Shown one piece after another: positions 35,728-50,000 of a stretch of DNA of 58,096 nucleotides. The position numbers were made by a program, and so were the translations under genes. Source of the DNA: Dimorphilus gyrociliatus (Eukaryota; Animalia; Annelida); assembly GCA_904063045.1 (NCBI GenBank), contig CAJFCJ010000069.1, forward strand, positions 1 to 58,096, in the 5' to 3' direction. Under the pieces are notes generated by a model. That model was not told the origin of the DNA. It saw nothing but the letters and a program-made list of their open reading frames with translations, and ran no database searches. How positions within the stretch are numbered: position 1 is the first letter of the stretch; every line of letters begins with the position of its first letter.

Positions 35728-36379
35728 AAAATTATACATTTCCTGTTTTAGATCAATAAATATTTAATTAATCAATTTTCACTTTATAGAGACTATTTTC
35801 TTTACAAAATTGAGTTTTTGTAGGTTAAACCTAGCACTATTAACCTAATTCCTTTCAGTAGCTCATACAGATAATCTCACTAGCGACATCTATACTGAAT
35901 TTTTAAAAAAATATTTTCTAAAAAACCTAATTTATACTTCAAATGGTAGAACTTTAAACCAAAATATATCTAACTTGTGGTTTGATAGATAAAAACCAGT
36001 TTCTTAACTTTTGTATTATCAAGATAATAAATAGGAATTTATGGAATGAGTAACATCATAATTCTAAAAAGTGCTAACTAGTTAAATAATTGAATGACAG
36101 AACAACTAGACAAATTGCTCTTGTTCAATTTTTTATTCTTGTTCTTATATTGAATTATTGAATTGTTATAAAATAATTTAAAAGGAGCAGGAATACTTGT
36201 TTTTCTTCCTTTGATTTATCGTATTATGTTTCTATTTAAACTGTTATTTGTGAATAATTGATGAATTTATGGAATTGGACACTTTAGCAAATCTTTCCTT
36301 CTCTTTCTCTCTATTAGTAACAGAGATGAAATATTTTACATTAACGTTCTTCTTCACTTTGCTCTTTTTATTTAAATTA

Positions 36380-37151
36380 GTAATGATGTAAATCAGAATG
36401 TAAAACTACATGCTCCAACTGAAAAGATTGGGAATATCTCTTATGAAAATATGGATCATTTTGAATTTAACGAGCTAAAAGCAATTTATAAAGATTGTTT
36501 TCAAGAAATGTCAATTCAGGTTGAACTTTCCATGGATATAAAATTACATTTTAAATTTTCAGATAGTACCAGTTTTACTTTAAATGAATTGAACGATAAT
36601 ATATGCAAATGATTAATTTCTGATATATGCCTACCAACTAACAACGTGTCTAGAAAATGTGTTGATACTGGTATTAATCAGTATGGTCAAAGATATAATA
36701 CTTTCGGGAAAATTGCAGTTTTATCTAAAAGATTACCATTGATTCAAACTAGATACGGTGATATCGATGATCCCCTAGAATGGGTTAAACATTATATTGG
36801 TCCTCTGCACTGCATGACCCCCCTATTTCATCCCTTTCAAATAACACACAATGAGTGTCATCAAGATTTGTCAATATTAGTCGACCACAATCGAAATTAT
36901 GCATTGAATTTCAATCTCAAAATCTATTCTTTCGAGTTGAACAGGCAAAGAATGTTCAAATCTTTCCAACATTGCATTCTGCTCTAACAATTCATATATA
37001 TTCAAAACTCCAAAACGGAAAAATACGATTCTGCACCGAAGTTGATAAATTTAAATTTTATTGTCAAACTAATTCAACTGAAATGTTTATTGATGTCAGA
37101 AATCATTTTAAATCTGACATTCAACTTTGTGAATTTATTATGTCAGTTTAA
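36380..37151 (+). pseudogene. Disrupted fibrinogen-like domain of the Caspr/neurexin-IV type
   Basis: ISYENM..ELKAIYKDCFQEM...ICK*LISDIC...CVDTG..KRLPLIQTRYGDIDDPLEWVKHYIGPLHC resembles Caspr LPVxQ..GDT.......GPLxC. In-frame TGA at 36610 and a later frame change. Confidence 0.55.
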
Positions 37152-38000
37152 ATTTTTTATTCTAATTATCAAAACTTTGAATATTCATGAGTATATAAAA
37201 TTTGTCACTTTTATGTAATAGGGAGATAATAAAAGTTGCTTTATGAAATAATTAAAATTTTTAAATTTTCAAACGACACAAACGTTATGAATCGTAGAAT
37301 GAAGCACTTTCATTTTTTAAGTGTATTTAGGCGTAATATTTCTCAATTAAGATCATATTACTCGATAAATTTATTTTTTTCCATGAAAAAATTCCCTGAT
37401 TAGCCTGAGAAACTGTGCATTTTTAAGTGCAAAGAATGAAGAATTCCGTTGTGATATAAGATTGTTGAGGTTGAAATTGACTATATACTGTATGTTAACA
37501 CGTGATCCATTAAAAGGCTGAATTCAATAAATTAATACATTTATGTGTATTCGCCTACTTGACAATAATCTAACATGTTTTATTGGTGGATTAAGTGTAC
37601 CAGATGACGATAGTTATGATTACACAAAATACACAGGCTATTTCAAAAGCAACAATTGCAGGTAAAACCCTAGCTTACAAAGATTATACTATCAAACTAA
37701 AGGCAGAAATTGTTCTCCTCTATGATAATGAAAATGTGTAAATTATTGTAAAGTAAGAACAATTTTTCATTGGGTTCTATCTATAAAATTGGTTGTATAA
37801 ATGTCTTATCCTTCATTCTAAACAAATAAACAATTCACTTTTTCCACTCTAAAAACAACCCCGGCAGATACTTTTTATCAGGACTGTATTATGTAAAGAT
37901 GGTAAAGAAGTAATTGGGAATACATCTACACTCTAATGGATCATCAAGTCTATTCCAACTTTAATTCTGTTTTAATTGCACAATGAGAAGGAATTTTTTT

Positions 38001-41000
38001 TTATTTATAAGAAATTCTTTTTTGTAAAAGTTTCTTCAACAATAATCCAACGGCATAAATATCCTTTTCAATCGTATCATTCCTATTTGCTACAATAGTA
38101 CGAACAAGAAGAAAACATTTTATCTTTCTCTTTTCTTCCTGAATCATTTGATATACGGAAAAATTAGGGTTTTTTCTTCAAAATTTACAAATATCTTCCT
38201 TCTTTTTACCTGAATAAAAACACTTTCAAAGTCAATTTTCCCCAGAAATCCAAATTTAAAGTCATGACAAAATTTTACTGCTCTGACAACTTGTTTTAAA
38301 GCAGCAGAAAGAAATTGATAGGATATGTATATTGATGATTGTTTATAGATATCCTTGAATGTTCCATAAGAGACTGAGGGGGATAGTTCAGTAAGAATGT
38401 GATATTTATTCATATTATTTAAAAATTCAAGAACTATAATGAAAAAAAAATGCAAAATAGAATATTCAAATTTTGTTCTGTATAAAATACTAACAGTTTG
38501 ATAATTGATTTTCTTCAAAGTTTAGCAACTTTTGCCTTCTGAGGATATAAGATATTTTTCTATTATAAAAATTGCAAATAAAATGGTATACTGACATATA
38601 TTCCTTCTTCTTTTTCCTTTTATTATTCAGGTATGTTTTTACTACATTCCATGAATATAAGAATGGATTTATAGCAGAATTCAATGGTAGAATTATGATA
38701 ACAATTCCAGCATATACCTCTTTTTTAATTCTTAAAGGTCTGATTACTGAATAGATTCCTGAAAACGGGTAATTAATTATTTTTTTTGTGTTTATTATAA
38801 AAACTTTGCTACTAAAAGAAACCTAAAATTGAAATTGGAAAACAGCAAATTAAATTTGTTATTACAGTTAGAAAAACATAAATTAAAATGGATTTTTGTT
38901 GATTTTCAAATATTTTCTTTTCCAAAATCTCTTTATTTTCGGTTGTCCTTTTCCAAATTCTTAGATATAAAATCATAATGAAAATACAAACAATCGAAAG
39001 AAAAATACCGAAAACAAAAAATGAAAAAATCCATCCTTCAGCTCTTTCACTTGTTATGTGAATGGAAAAGCATACTGGATTTCTTGAATAGTAGTCCTGC
39101 ATTAATTTATATAGATAGATATAAAGAAAGTTGTACAAAAATTGGAACACCTTGAATTTTGATAGGCCGAACATTAAAAGTTTTGTTCACTATCAAAAAA
39201 GATTATTTTTTCTCTGCTAAATATTATTTTTCAACGACACCACTGTCTCTTTTTATCTTCCTTACTTTGAATATCCCATCAGAGGTTATCAGTCCCCAAA
39301 CCATTACTCAACCCCTGCCCATATTTTCATCAGCCTAAAGTCTTTTTCACCGTCATCTGTCCACATTCAGAAGTAATCTGGTCCACTGAGTTAGAATCAA
39401 GACTCATTGGTAAAAATTACTTTAGACCAGTCTAGATTATCACTGATTTTTTAAGGTAATACACTTTTCTTCTTTTACAATTGTTGGCTGTGAGATCGGG
39501 TTTTTGTCTTTCTAGTTTATACTTGAAATTTTGTCTTTTCAGCTCCCTCTGAATTGTTACAATGCTAACATGTATTTCCGATTCCTTTAAAATTTTTCCT
39601 GATATCACCCTTTGTTTTCATGTTTTCAATTTCTTTATAATTCTCTCTATATCTTTTTCTGTAAGTTTCTTTGTACAACCCCTATTCTCCTGTTCTGGTG
39701 GATGGTATCATAGAATATTGCTAACTGATAAACTTAACTTGGAAAATATGATAAGTTAAAAAAAATTGTTTAAGATGTTTATTTGAATGCCAAACCGGAT
39801 GTTAAGTCAGTGTCCCAATAATTATGGATCTCACTCAGTCAAATAAAGAAAAAATTGATGAAAATCCCTCTAAATATAACTCTTTTTTTATACAAATTTG
39901 GACAAAAAGCTATTTTTGTGGGAACAAATACTTTTGGCAGTGAATTAAAATTGGCCTATCAAAATTTACAGCGTCCTATTTTTTATGCAGCTTACTTTAT
40001 ATACTGTAATTATATATATATGTAGTCGATGAATGAGTAGCAAGTGTAGGTTAAAGCTATTTTCACCAACTTTACCGATATATGCGTTAAAGATTTAAGG
40101 TATATACTAGTAAATATAACAGTAATAATAAGTAATAATGTGTCGAAAATAACAAAGGGTAATGAAATATGGTTAGGTTTAAATATATATATAACGTAAA
40201 GTAATTATAAGATAACGTAAAGGAAATCTGGCTCGCTGCCAAATTTAGGCGATGTACCCATCGACTACATATATATATACAGTATATAGGGTTAGACTGG
40301 CTTGAGTCTGGCTGCCTTTTGGAGGTTTTTGTGTTGGTTAAAGTAGAGATAGTTTAAGCCAAACCCAATACCAATAACCTTATTCTACATAAACCAACAA
40401 AAATCTCCGCCAGCCATTTTGAATTAATACCTACATCATAAAAAATGTAAGGTAAAACCGATATTACAGCAGAAGTTACAGCAATTGCAAATATAAGCGT
40501 AACAGTGACTTTTCTTGTAAAGATATTAAAAAATGGATAGATAACGTATTGATATCGCTCAATTGTTATCAATAATATACTAAATATTGATAGTAATAAC
40601 ATCGAACTGCAAAATATACCTAAAAATGAACAACTAAGACTATTTCGCCATTCGTAATCATTCTCAATATATATTCCTCTAAATCGTAAATCGCAAATAC
40701 CAATTATCAAGAGATAAATAGACATTCCAAGATCAGCAAATCCCAAAGTGAAATAGAACAAATTCTTTTTCTTTTCAGTCAATTTTAATCGAAAAAGTAG
40801 ACAAACGACATTTTGAAAAATTGACGCAACGCAAAGAAACCATAACGATACTCTTAAAAAATTCGAATTAAATAAATCAGAGCAAGAATTAAAAAGTGAC
40901 GAATTCGGTTGGCATTTTTTTAAATATCTTGAGTACTTTTCCCCAAAACAGCAGAGCGTAAAGTAATTACTATAAATTTGTTCTACTACATCTAAAGGTT

Positions 41001-44000
41001 TGATTAAAGATACTCCACTTATCATTGGAATTTTTGAATTTTTTAATGAAAGTATTTTCAGGTTTTTTAACGAAATAAATGAACCTTTTGAAATGGTTTT
41101 AAAAGTGCATTTTTCCAATTTTAATACTTTCAATAATTTGAGGCCTGAAAATAGATTCTCAGTTAATGAATTTAAATTAGTGGATGAGAAATCAATTGAT
41201 AATAATTGGCGATATCTTTGAAATGAAAAGCTTTCGGATATTGAAATTATACTCAATTTCATGTCTAGATGTTGCAAATTTGATAAATTTTTATTAAGTA
41301 CAATGTCAAGGTCAAAGTTACTAGATATCAATCCCATTTGGAAAACATTTGGAAATTTGTGGGAAAGTGATATATTTATTAAAGTGCTATTGTAAATTGT
41401 TAGATGAGTTATTGACATATGTTGTTTAAGATCAAGGGAAAGTTTTCCATATATCAAGGTAAGTTTTTTAAAATTCCAAGATATTTCTCCAACATTAATA
41501 AATTCACCACCAAAGGAACAACTGATTATATAATTTAAAAGACATTGACAAGTTTCAGGACACTTTATTGTAGAGTTGCAGTTTAATTCATCACTTCCTT
41601 TCCTACAGTCAACAATACCATCGCACACTTTATTAATACTTAAGAAATGATGATCAATTTTACACTTAAAATATCCCCTTGGTTTGAAGAGATCTTGAAA
41701 ATTTGATAAATGAATTGTTAATGAAGCTTAAATGAAACCCTCTCTAGGTTTATCTACCGCAATTTATTTCGTCATCTCCATAGATACAGTGAATAAAGCC
41801 ATCACAAATTAAATTTATAGGCACGCAATAGTGTAGTATCTTACATCTATACTCTCCACTTTTACATTGGAAATCTTTACAATGTGATAATTCATTGAAA
41901 GGATGATGAACTTTTGTCATGAGAAAACCAGTTGACATATATTGAAGTCTACACTTGAATCTTTCACGATTGAGTAGTGCACTTTTGAAAGTGCATACTT
42001 GATTATTGTTATCACGGCTCTTAAGATATTTATCGAAGCACTTTGAAACTCTTTCATCTTCTTCGCTGTCACAGTCCAATTGGAAATCGCATGTTAAATC
42101 TATTGGAATGCATTGACGGTCGCAAAGCGATTGGAATCTTTTACGACATTCTATTGGTGTTATTTATGAAAAGATTTTTTTTATTATTTCTATTTATATA
42201 ACATAGCAGACCTTGTTCTTTTCCTTCCAATGAAATATATGACCTACATTTTTCGTCACTAGCATCTAAACAGTTGATTTCATTATCACAAAAAAGATTT
42301 CTTTCCATGCATTGATTATTTTCACATCTGAAAAATGTGAAAATTATAGCTCATCGTTATCCTACAAATGATTTGAAAATCAACTTTTTTCTTCCTTCAG
42401 AGCATTTTTTCCACTCTATTAAAGAAAGACAAAGTTTTTCTTATTATTATCGAGAGGGAGTGCTGTTCATAAAGTCACAGACGAAAATTTTTGTGTGATA
42501 CCTTTTTTTGATAATATGAAGAAAAGCAACATTTGTTCAAAAATGAAAATGGTTCAAATGACTAAACTTTTCGTTTTTAGGTTCTAATTAGGTTCTTCAT
42601 AATGACACTGTAATGAATTTCTAATGTTTGTTTTCATATATAAAACAAAGCTATTTTGATTAGTTAAGGTGATAAATTTAGTACATATTATCAAAAAGAG
42701 GTATTACACAAAAATTTTTGTCTGTGACTGTATATAGATATGTATATATTTACCACAATTCTCCTCATCCATTCCATTTGGACAGTCATGAACAAAATCA
42801 CAAACAGATTGAAAACTTATTTGTAATGTTTCAGAGCAAGAAAACTGTTGAGTTATGTTGCAATCAATTTCATCTTCACCCGAGAAACAGTCATTAATTC
42901 CATCACAAACATAAATAAAAGGAATGCACATCACATCACGTTTGCATAAAAATGAGTTATTAGGGCAACGAAACGATTCGTGATTTAAATTATTAGTATT
43001 ATTATTCAATTCTTCATGAATATTCAAATTGAATTTTTCATTTTCTAATAGTGATAATAATAAAAAAGAATAAAATATATATTTTTTATTAAAAAAATAA
43101 GAGAATAGACTACAAACTTTTCTTTTGTTTGCAAAAAACATTATTAAACCGTCTAACATTGCAATTTAACCTTTCTAGAAAAGCGTTGATAATCCATTTT
43201 GCATTACTTACAATTTGTTTAGCCACAAAACATTTGTCAGTTCTAGCCAAATAGGGATGGAAAATGTTTTGCAAATAAGGAAAACACGTTGACGTTAGTC
43301 TGTATTGATATATACAAATTTAAGAAAAATAACAAAACTAAGCAAAAGAACAATTACAAATTTTTATTAAAAATTAGAGTAGTACCAATTTCATATGGTC
43401 TATTATCGCTAAAAACCAACTTTTTTCTACCTCTAATGTCTTTTTTAACTTTTAAAACTTTAAAAAAAACAAGAAACAAACTATCAAGTAACTGAAACAT
43501 TTTTTAAAGAATACTTCCTGGAAATTCCCTCTTGAATTTTGGATTAGGATGGAGTCCTTTTCTATCTTTAACAACAATAAACTGCATTTGGTCATTGAGC
43601 TTACTCATAAAATCATATTCATCTGAGTAAAAAGATGGAAGAATCATATCTAATTGTTGACAAATGTTGGAGGAATCTTCTGTTGAGATTAATTTTTCAC
43701 TTTGATATAGAAAATAACAAGTATCTTGGAAAGAATATGATAAACCATTCAATTTACAATCTTGATAAAATATTAATTAAGAGAAAGAAATTTTTATTTC
43801 CTAAGATTAGATAATCTTTTTGGTTAATATTTATTTACCAATTTCAATATTATCTTTGCACTGTAGAACAATAAATGGATTTTTATAGAGAACACCTGTT
43901 ATATGATGCTGTCTGAAGAGGTACGAAAAATATTTAGTGAGCAAGTGTGCTTGTATATTTTTATCTCTCTCTCTCGCTCTCTCTCTATCCCATTCTCACT

Positions 44001-45772
44001 ATCTTTCTCCTTCTCTTTCCTATTCATACCCTGTCCTCTATAAAACTCACATAAAATTATTAAATTTATTTCCTTCAAGCATGGCAAGAGTGCAATTCCC
44101 AATAAGAAAAGTTCCATTACAATTTAATGAAAATAATTGAAAAGTTTCAATATTTTGGTCATCATTATTTGTTGTCACTGTACCACTTTTATAGCCGAAA
44201 TATTTACAAATTGCATTTACTTGTAAATACTTCATGTCTAATAATTGTGTATTATACCAATATTCATTATAAAAAATTTGGAATACTCCTTCAAAATTCC
44301 CTCTAGGTCTTTCATTTTTATTATATAAAGAGGTATTGAAATGAAACAATCTTAAATCCATGTCTATAGACAAAAAACTTGTCCCTTTTTAATTGAATTT
44401 GAATTTGAATATTACTTGAAAAATTGCGTTTTTTATCTTCACATAAAGGTGCTATTAAATAACCTTCTCTATGAGAAACGTCCAGAATTTTGCAATTCCA
44501 TAATTCTGAATTATCCCATTTACAGTTACTTAACATTGTTGCTCCAACTTGATCTAAATGTTGATTAATCTTAGGTTGACATCTAGCCAATGAGCCAACC
44601 GTTACTTTTCGATTATTTGGGATAACTGGTTTTGCCAATTGTCCAGATAATTTACAAATAGCTTTAGCAATGTTAATAAAATCTTCATCTTTGTCAAAAT
44701 TCAATGGCAAATAGCCAAATGTTTTAGATTTTATAATATAAGAAAGTAAATTTTCAATTCTAGGCAACATTATTTTTTGATATTTCGACATCTTTACTAT
44801 TTTACTATCTGAAAGAAAAGAATATTTAAATATATCTCATTCATTTTTAACCTTGACATTGCGACCTTTTAATTCGTTAAAATAGCAAAAAAGTTTGTAG
44901 ATTTTAACTGATGAATTATTTTGGTGTTTTGTTAATTTTTCAGAATTTTTGTCAAATGTTAAAAAATGTTTAGAATTAATTTCACTTTTTTTAAAATTTC
45001 TTTTAAAAAATTGACTTTTCTGACAAAATAATTTTCTGTCTATATTATTTGTAAAATTGACTTGATAAGTATTTTCATGATATCTAGATAATATTTCAAA
45101 CGATTTGTCATTTGTTGAAAGTGAAGATGCAAAAAAATCTGTAAGTAGTATATTCAGAAAAAGATAATTAATTAATTTATTTATTTTAACTCATTTACAT
45201 ATTTTTCCAATCAAAAAACATTTAATGCAAAATGATTGATATTGATAAGAATATTTCAACAGTCTAAACCTAAACAAAATGAAGAGTGCATTGAGAGAAA
45301 AAATTTATTAATGACTCAACAAGTTTCTTACAGTACAACTGTTCGGGAATTTGCATAGCTTGGTAATATTGTTAAAGAGTCTAGGAAAAGAAAAATGGAT
45401 TTTTAAATTATTTTTTAATATTTCCTCCCAGTCACCATTCTCTGATGAACAAGCTTCAGCGATAAAATGTATATTATCATAACCCATTCGTTTACAGAGT
45501 AATTTTATATCTCCATCAGGTAAATTTGACTCAAACGCTATATTTTCAGTTATATTTTGTGGTGAAATTTGAATTTGTAATTTTCCATAAATTGAATAAT
45601 CATCTTTTATTATAGGTTTGATTGAGTACTTGTACATATCATTTAAGAAATATACTGATAAATTTCTATATTTAATCCCACATTTAGAATATTCAAAATT
45701 TAAAAACATTTTTTGTAAATTAAACAATAAAATTATGGTGAAAAACCCATCCATGCATCTTGGACAATTCAT
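38001..45772 (-). CDS. Large GRL101-like LGR: SRCR-like x~3 + C-type-lectin-like + LDLa repeats + LRR + 7TM + kinase-like C-tail; multi-exon (link of the most N-terminal exons inferred)
   Basis: SRCR-like EGVFQIFYNEYW..NAICKYFGY..NCNG; CTL-like TCYFLYQSEK...SSNICQQL; LDLa CDGINDCFSGEDE, CDFVHDCPNGMDE, CDGFIHCIYGDDE; LRR + TM1-4 (TIERY) in 40435-41628; TM5-6 from 39096; TM7 LPLNSAINPFLY; last exon 38138-38001. Confidence 0.82.
39250..39710 (-). mobile_element. Tc1-family transposase relic inside the TM4/ECL2 intron
   Basis: KKLTEKDIERII..VSIVTIQREL (HTH), LDWSKVIFTNES..LSGPD and VMVWGLITSDG, with stops and frameshifts. Confidence 0.8.
39998..40288. mobile_element. TA-flanked MITE (Tc1/mariner-like), about 290 bp
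   Basis: TIR tatatactgt(aat)tatatatatatgtagtcgatg ... catcgactacatatatatatacagtatata; non-coding interior. Confidence 0.75.
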
Positions 45773-46269
45773 TGTTAATCTATGAATAGATAGTACTTAA
45801 TTCTTTTTTTTTTTCCTTTTAGTGTGTTTAATTAAACTGGTAATATGAATATTTTACACTTTTAAAAATGTAAATTAATAATAGCTCTTTTAAGAAAAGT
45901 GTTAACTTATAGAATATCAATAGAATATATAATTTCTGTATACTGTACAATGCCAGGCCATTAGTCATTGTTACACCATGAAAAAAATATATTTTTTTGA
46001 TTTCTTCTCTCTCCATACTTAAGGAAAAGAAATGAAGAATATTATTATGTTTAATAATATTCTCCTCATCATTCCAAAGAGCAAAAATATGGATCTTTAT
46101 CTTTAAATCTCAGAAATATCAATGTTTTAATGTGGTAGACCTATTTGCAATGGGAGCATAATTAGTTGTTAAAATCACAAAGTTATATTAGTGCCTTTGT
46201 ATTTTGCGTACATGCTCTTGTCTAGCCGTGGTTCTAATGTTTTGATACCGTTTTGCTTTAAATATCCGC

Positions 46270-46600
46270 TGCTGCGGGACAAATAGCTTGCTCCTGCTGG
46301 AAAATTTTCTCACTATTTTAACTTGGGACAGTGTGGTTGCTCAATACCTCAACATAATCTAATGCTGTCATGCGATTACTCACTTCAGCTAAGTCCCTAT
46401 CCCCATCAACTTGATGTAACCAAAGACCTTGAAACTCCCTCCCACATATTTTACGGTTTTTGTTGTGTATTTGGAATCATTCCATTTTCCAGGTGGTCTC
46501 TTAACAAACTCCCTTATCCTTGGATGCATTCCAGCCTTTGATTCATCAGAAAAAGCTACTTTTTTCCAATTCTGAATCTCCCATTTCCCCAGAAGTCCTT
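46270..46600 (-). mobile_element. Second Tc1-family transposase relic
   Basis: NWKKVAFSDESK, FVKRPPGKWNDSKYTTKTVKYVGGSFKVFG and YVEVL..IFQQE, in shifting frames. Confidence 0.82.
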
Positions 46601-46777
46601 TCTACATCTTATGCACACACATAAATGATCTTAAAATCTGGTTAAAAGTGACACTACTTATTTTGTAGAAGAATATTACTAAGTAGGCTAATATCCTTCA
46701 TTTCTTTTCTGTAAGTATAAGAAGAGAGAAAATAAAAAAAAATATATTTTTCATGGTATAACAATGCCTAATGACTG

Positions 46778-46781
<4 letters not shown>

Positions 46782-46812
<31 letters not shown>

Positions 46813-46826
46813 TGTATATATATATA
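46782..46826. repeat. (TA)n microsatellite interrupted by CTG
   Basis: About 15 TA units, then ctgtatatatatata. Confidence 0.9.
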
Positions 46827-47079
46827 CTTAAATCGCGTGCAAATCTTAATTATATACCAGTGAAAGAAAGTGTAATTTGCCTGGCAGAGATTTCATATTG
46901 GGACTGTATATTCTTTTTCCAGATATTGTCAAGTGTACAGTTAACTTAAGAATACAAAACGAAACAATTTGTTAAATCAGACTCCTACAAAAAAGTTCTT
47001 ATTCCATTTCTCATAAAAATTTGTTATCTTCACAGCAGATCTTAGTACCGAGTTTACTTTAAAATAAACCTAAATCTCG

Positions 47080-50000
47080 CTAATCTTTTAAAGCCCGGTC
47101 TTCAAGTAATTTAAAAAAGAATCCTTTCTGATTTTTCAATTCTTCAACAGTTCCTATTTCTACAATTCTTCCTTGATCCATTACAACTATTCTATTGCTG
47201 TCCATTATTGTGTTTAATCTATGAGCTATGGTTATAAATGTATGAAGCCGCAAATGACTTTTCAAAACATTTTGAATAAGATTATCGGTTTCCAAGTCTA
47301 CATTTGCAGTTGCCTCGTCAATCAATATTAAATATGACTGCTTTAATAGAGCTCTTGCCAAACAAATCAATTGTCTCTCCCCAATACTCAGATTTTTCCC
47401 CCCTTCAATCACATTCGATCTCAATTGGTCCTCTGAATCATTAAACTTTTTGGATAATTGAACTTTATGGAGGCTTGTCCAAACTTCTTCATCAGAATAT
47501 ATGTTACAAGGGTCTAAATTTGATCGAATTGTCCCAGAAAATAAAACTGGATCCTGTGGAATGACAGATATAGCTGATCTAGCCATGCTGAGACTAACAT
47601 CTTTAAGTATGTCAACTCCATCTAAAAAAATTTGTCCTTCAACATCAGCCATTCTCAGAAGGGCTGTTATAAGGGAGCTTTTACCAGCACCAGTCCGTCC
47701 AACCACGCCGATCTAAAAAGATATGATTTTGAAATGAAAAATAATAGTTTTCTCCTTCAGAAAAATAGGTTATATGTGGATCGAACCTTTTCTCCAGATT
47801 TAATAGATAAATTGACAGAGAATAGTGAGTACGGTAAATTAGTATCATATCTCATTGAAACGTTAACCAGTTGTAAATTTCCATTAGAAGGCCAGCAGGC
47901 TGGTATTAAAGATAGTTTCTTTTCATCCAAAAAATCTTTACTTTCTTCCGGTTCAAGATTACAGTACTCTTTAATGCGATCAACTGATGTCATCTACAAA
48001 TATTTTCGAAAGAAAACTTATAATTTGTAATCATTAACAGTCATAGAACCTACAATTCCATCAACTAATAAAAAAGTCTTTAGACTAAATTGAAATCCAA
48101 ACAGTACATTAGTAATATAAAGTATAGCCAAAATATTTATAAATGCTGTCTCAGGAGAGGAAAAATAAACACAAGCAATATTCGCAAATATTTGAGTGAT
48201 AAACATCCAAGTAAAGAATATCCTGGTTGAAAATGTATTATAGGCGTTTAAAATATAAAAATAATGGAGATTCTTGCTGTTAGCTTCATAGAATTTATTC
48301 ATTAATTGTTTTTCTCTTTCAAAACAACGAACTGTTGAAAGTCCAGTGAGAGTAGTATCTAACATTTCATAGATTGGACTAGCAGTTACACTGTCAAACC
48401 TCTTTAATTTACTGGAATAGCGTGTCATTTTGGAAATCGTAATAAAGGTTGCAAAAAATAATAGAATTATTGGAATAAGTAGGATGATTACACTGTATGT
48501 AGCCAAAGCCAATGATAACAACGTTCCTCCAGTGAAAGTTACTATTATGTCAATATTAAAATACAAGTACAAATCTATTAATCCCATATCTCTTGAAAAT
48601 CTGTTTAGTATTCTTCCTTTTGGATAAATATTAAAAAATCTCATACCAGTTGACATTACTTTGGTGAACATTCCATTATGAAGATTGATAGAGCATAGGC
48701 AAATATTAATGTAATAAAGCATTTGTCTTCCAAGATCTAGTACAAAGATTAACAATAAGATGCTGATAACTTGAAAGAGATTGCTTGTTGACCATGCATT
48801 TGTAGCAAAAGTATTTACTATGGTATCAAGATAAATTTTCATGGTAAACATCAAACAAAACAAGAAGAGATACAGGACACATATGATATAGCTACCACTC
48901 TCAAAGTAAGCTTTATAAGTCCTCCAGTTGGATAATCCATCTTTTACTTTTTCTTCCACATATTGCTCATTCCCCTCATGTGTCACTAGTTCTTTATTCT
49001 GAGTACTTTTATTATCAATAATTAAAGATTGTATCTTTTCAACTTGTCTTAGAATACCATTTTCTAAGCAAAACACTCTATTGGCATGTTGCAGAAAGTT
49101 TACTTGATGTGACACAAGGATAACAGTTTTCTCCTTCAGATAGTCAAGTATACAATTAGTCATCACTTGTCTTGCAACACTCTTGTCCAATGCACTTAAA
49201 GGATCATCTAATATATAGATGTCAGCATCTCTATAAACTGCTCTTGCAAGACATATTCTAGACTTTTGGCCACCACTAAGCATTACTCCCCTCTCTCCAA
49301 TAACTGTTTTATCACCTTTTGGCAAATTTTTTAAATCCTTTAAAAATAAAAAAATTGTGTAAATATGAATAAATTATATATTTCATTTCTTTATTTACCT
49401 CTTCAAGAGAGCACACTTGCAAAACTTTTCTGTATTTTGTGGAATTGAATTGATCTCCAAATATGATATTACTCATAATTGATTCATTTAAAAGCCAGGA
49501 ATCTTGGGATAAATATGACTTCTTTAATGGCATGTTGACTAATCCAACCTTTGGCTTAAGTTCTTCAAGTATTGTTAAGAGCAGAGTACTTTTACCAGAC
49601 CCAGTCTTTCCATAAATACCAATTAGAGATGGAGATTCAATAAATAGGTTTACATTTTTTAAAATCATTTTTGAATATGTTTTTTCTTTGACTTGCCAGT
49701 TAAAATAAATATTACTAAGTTTGAAAAAATTAGAGTTATTGTTATCTTTGACCAGATTTGAAATCTTCATATTGGTGTTTGTTACTCTGTTGTTGAGGAG
49801 TAATATTTCCTAAATGTGGAAATAAAATTATAGATCAATATGTCTTAAGAAACTTTTACCAACCTCTACCCTCTCAATACAAATTTTATACTCTTGTATT
49901 CCATATATAAAAGTTGGCAAAATGTAAAATATATCAACATCCAAAAGAAACACAAGACCAATAAATCTCAAAATAGCAGGAGGATTTAGGGTTTCTGGTC

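Noticed and set aside
47501-48627. Plus-strand ORFs 47501, 47632 and 48430
   Set aside because: Antisense shadows of the ABCC gene.
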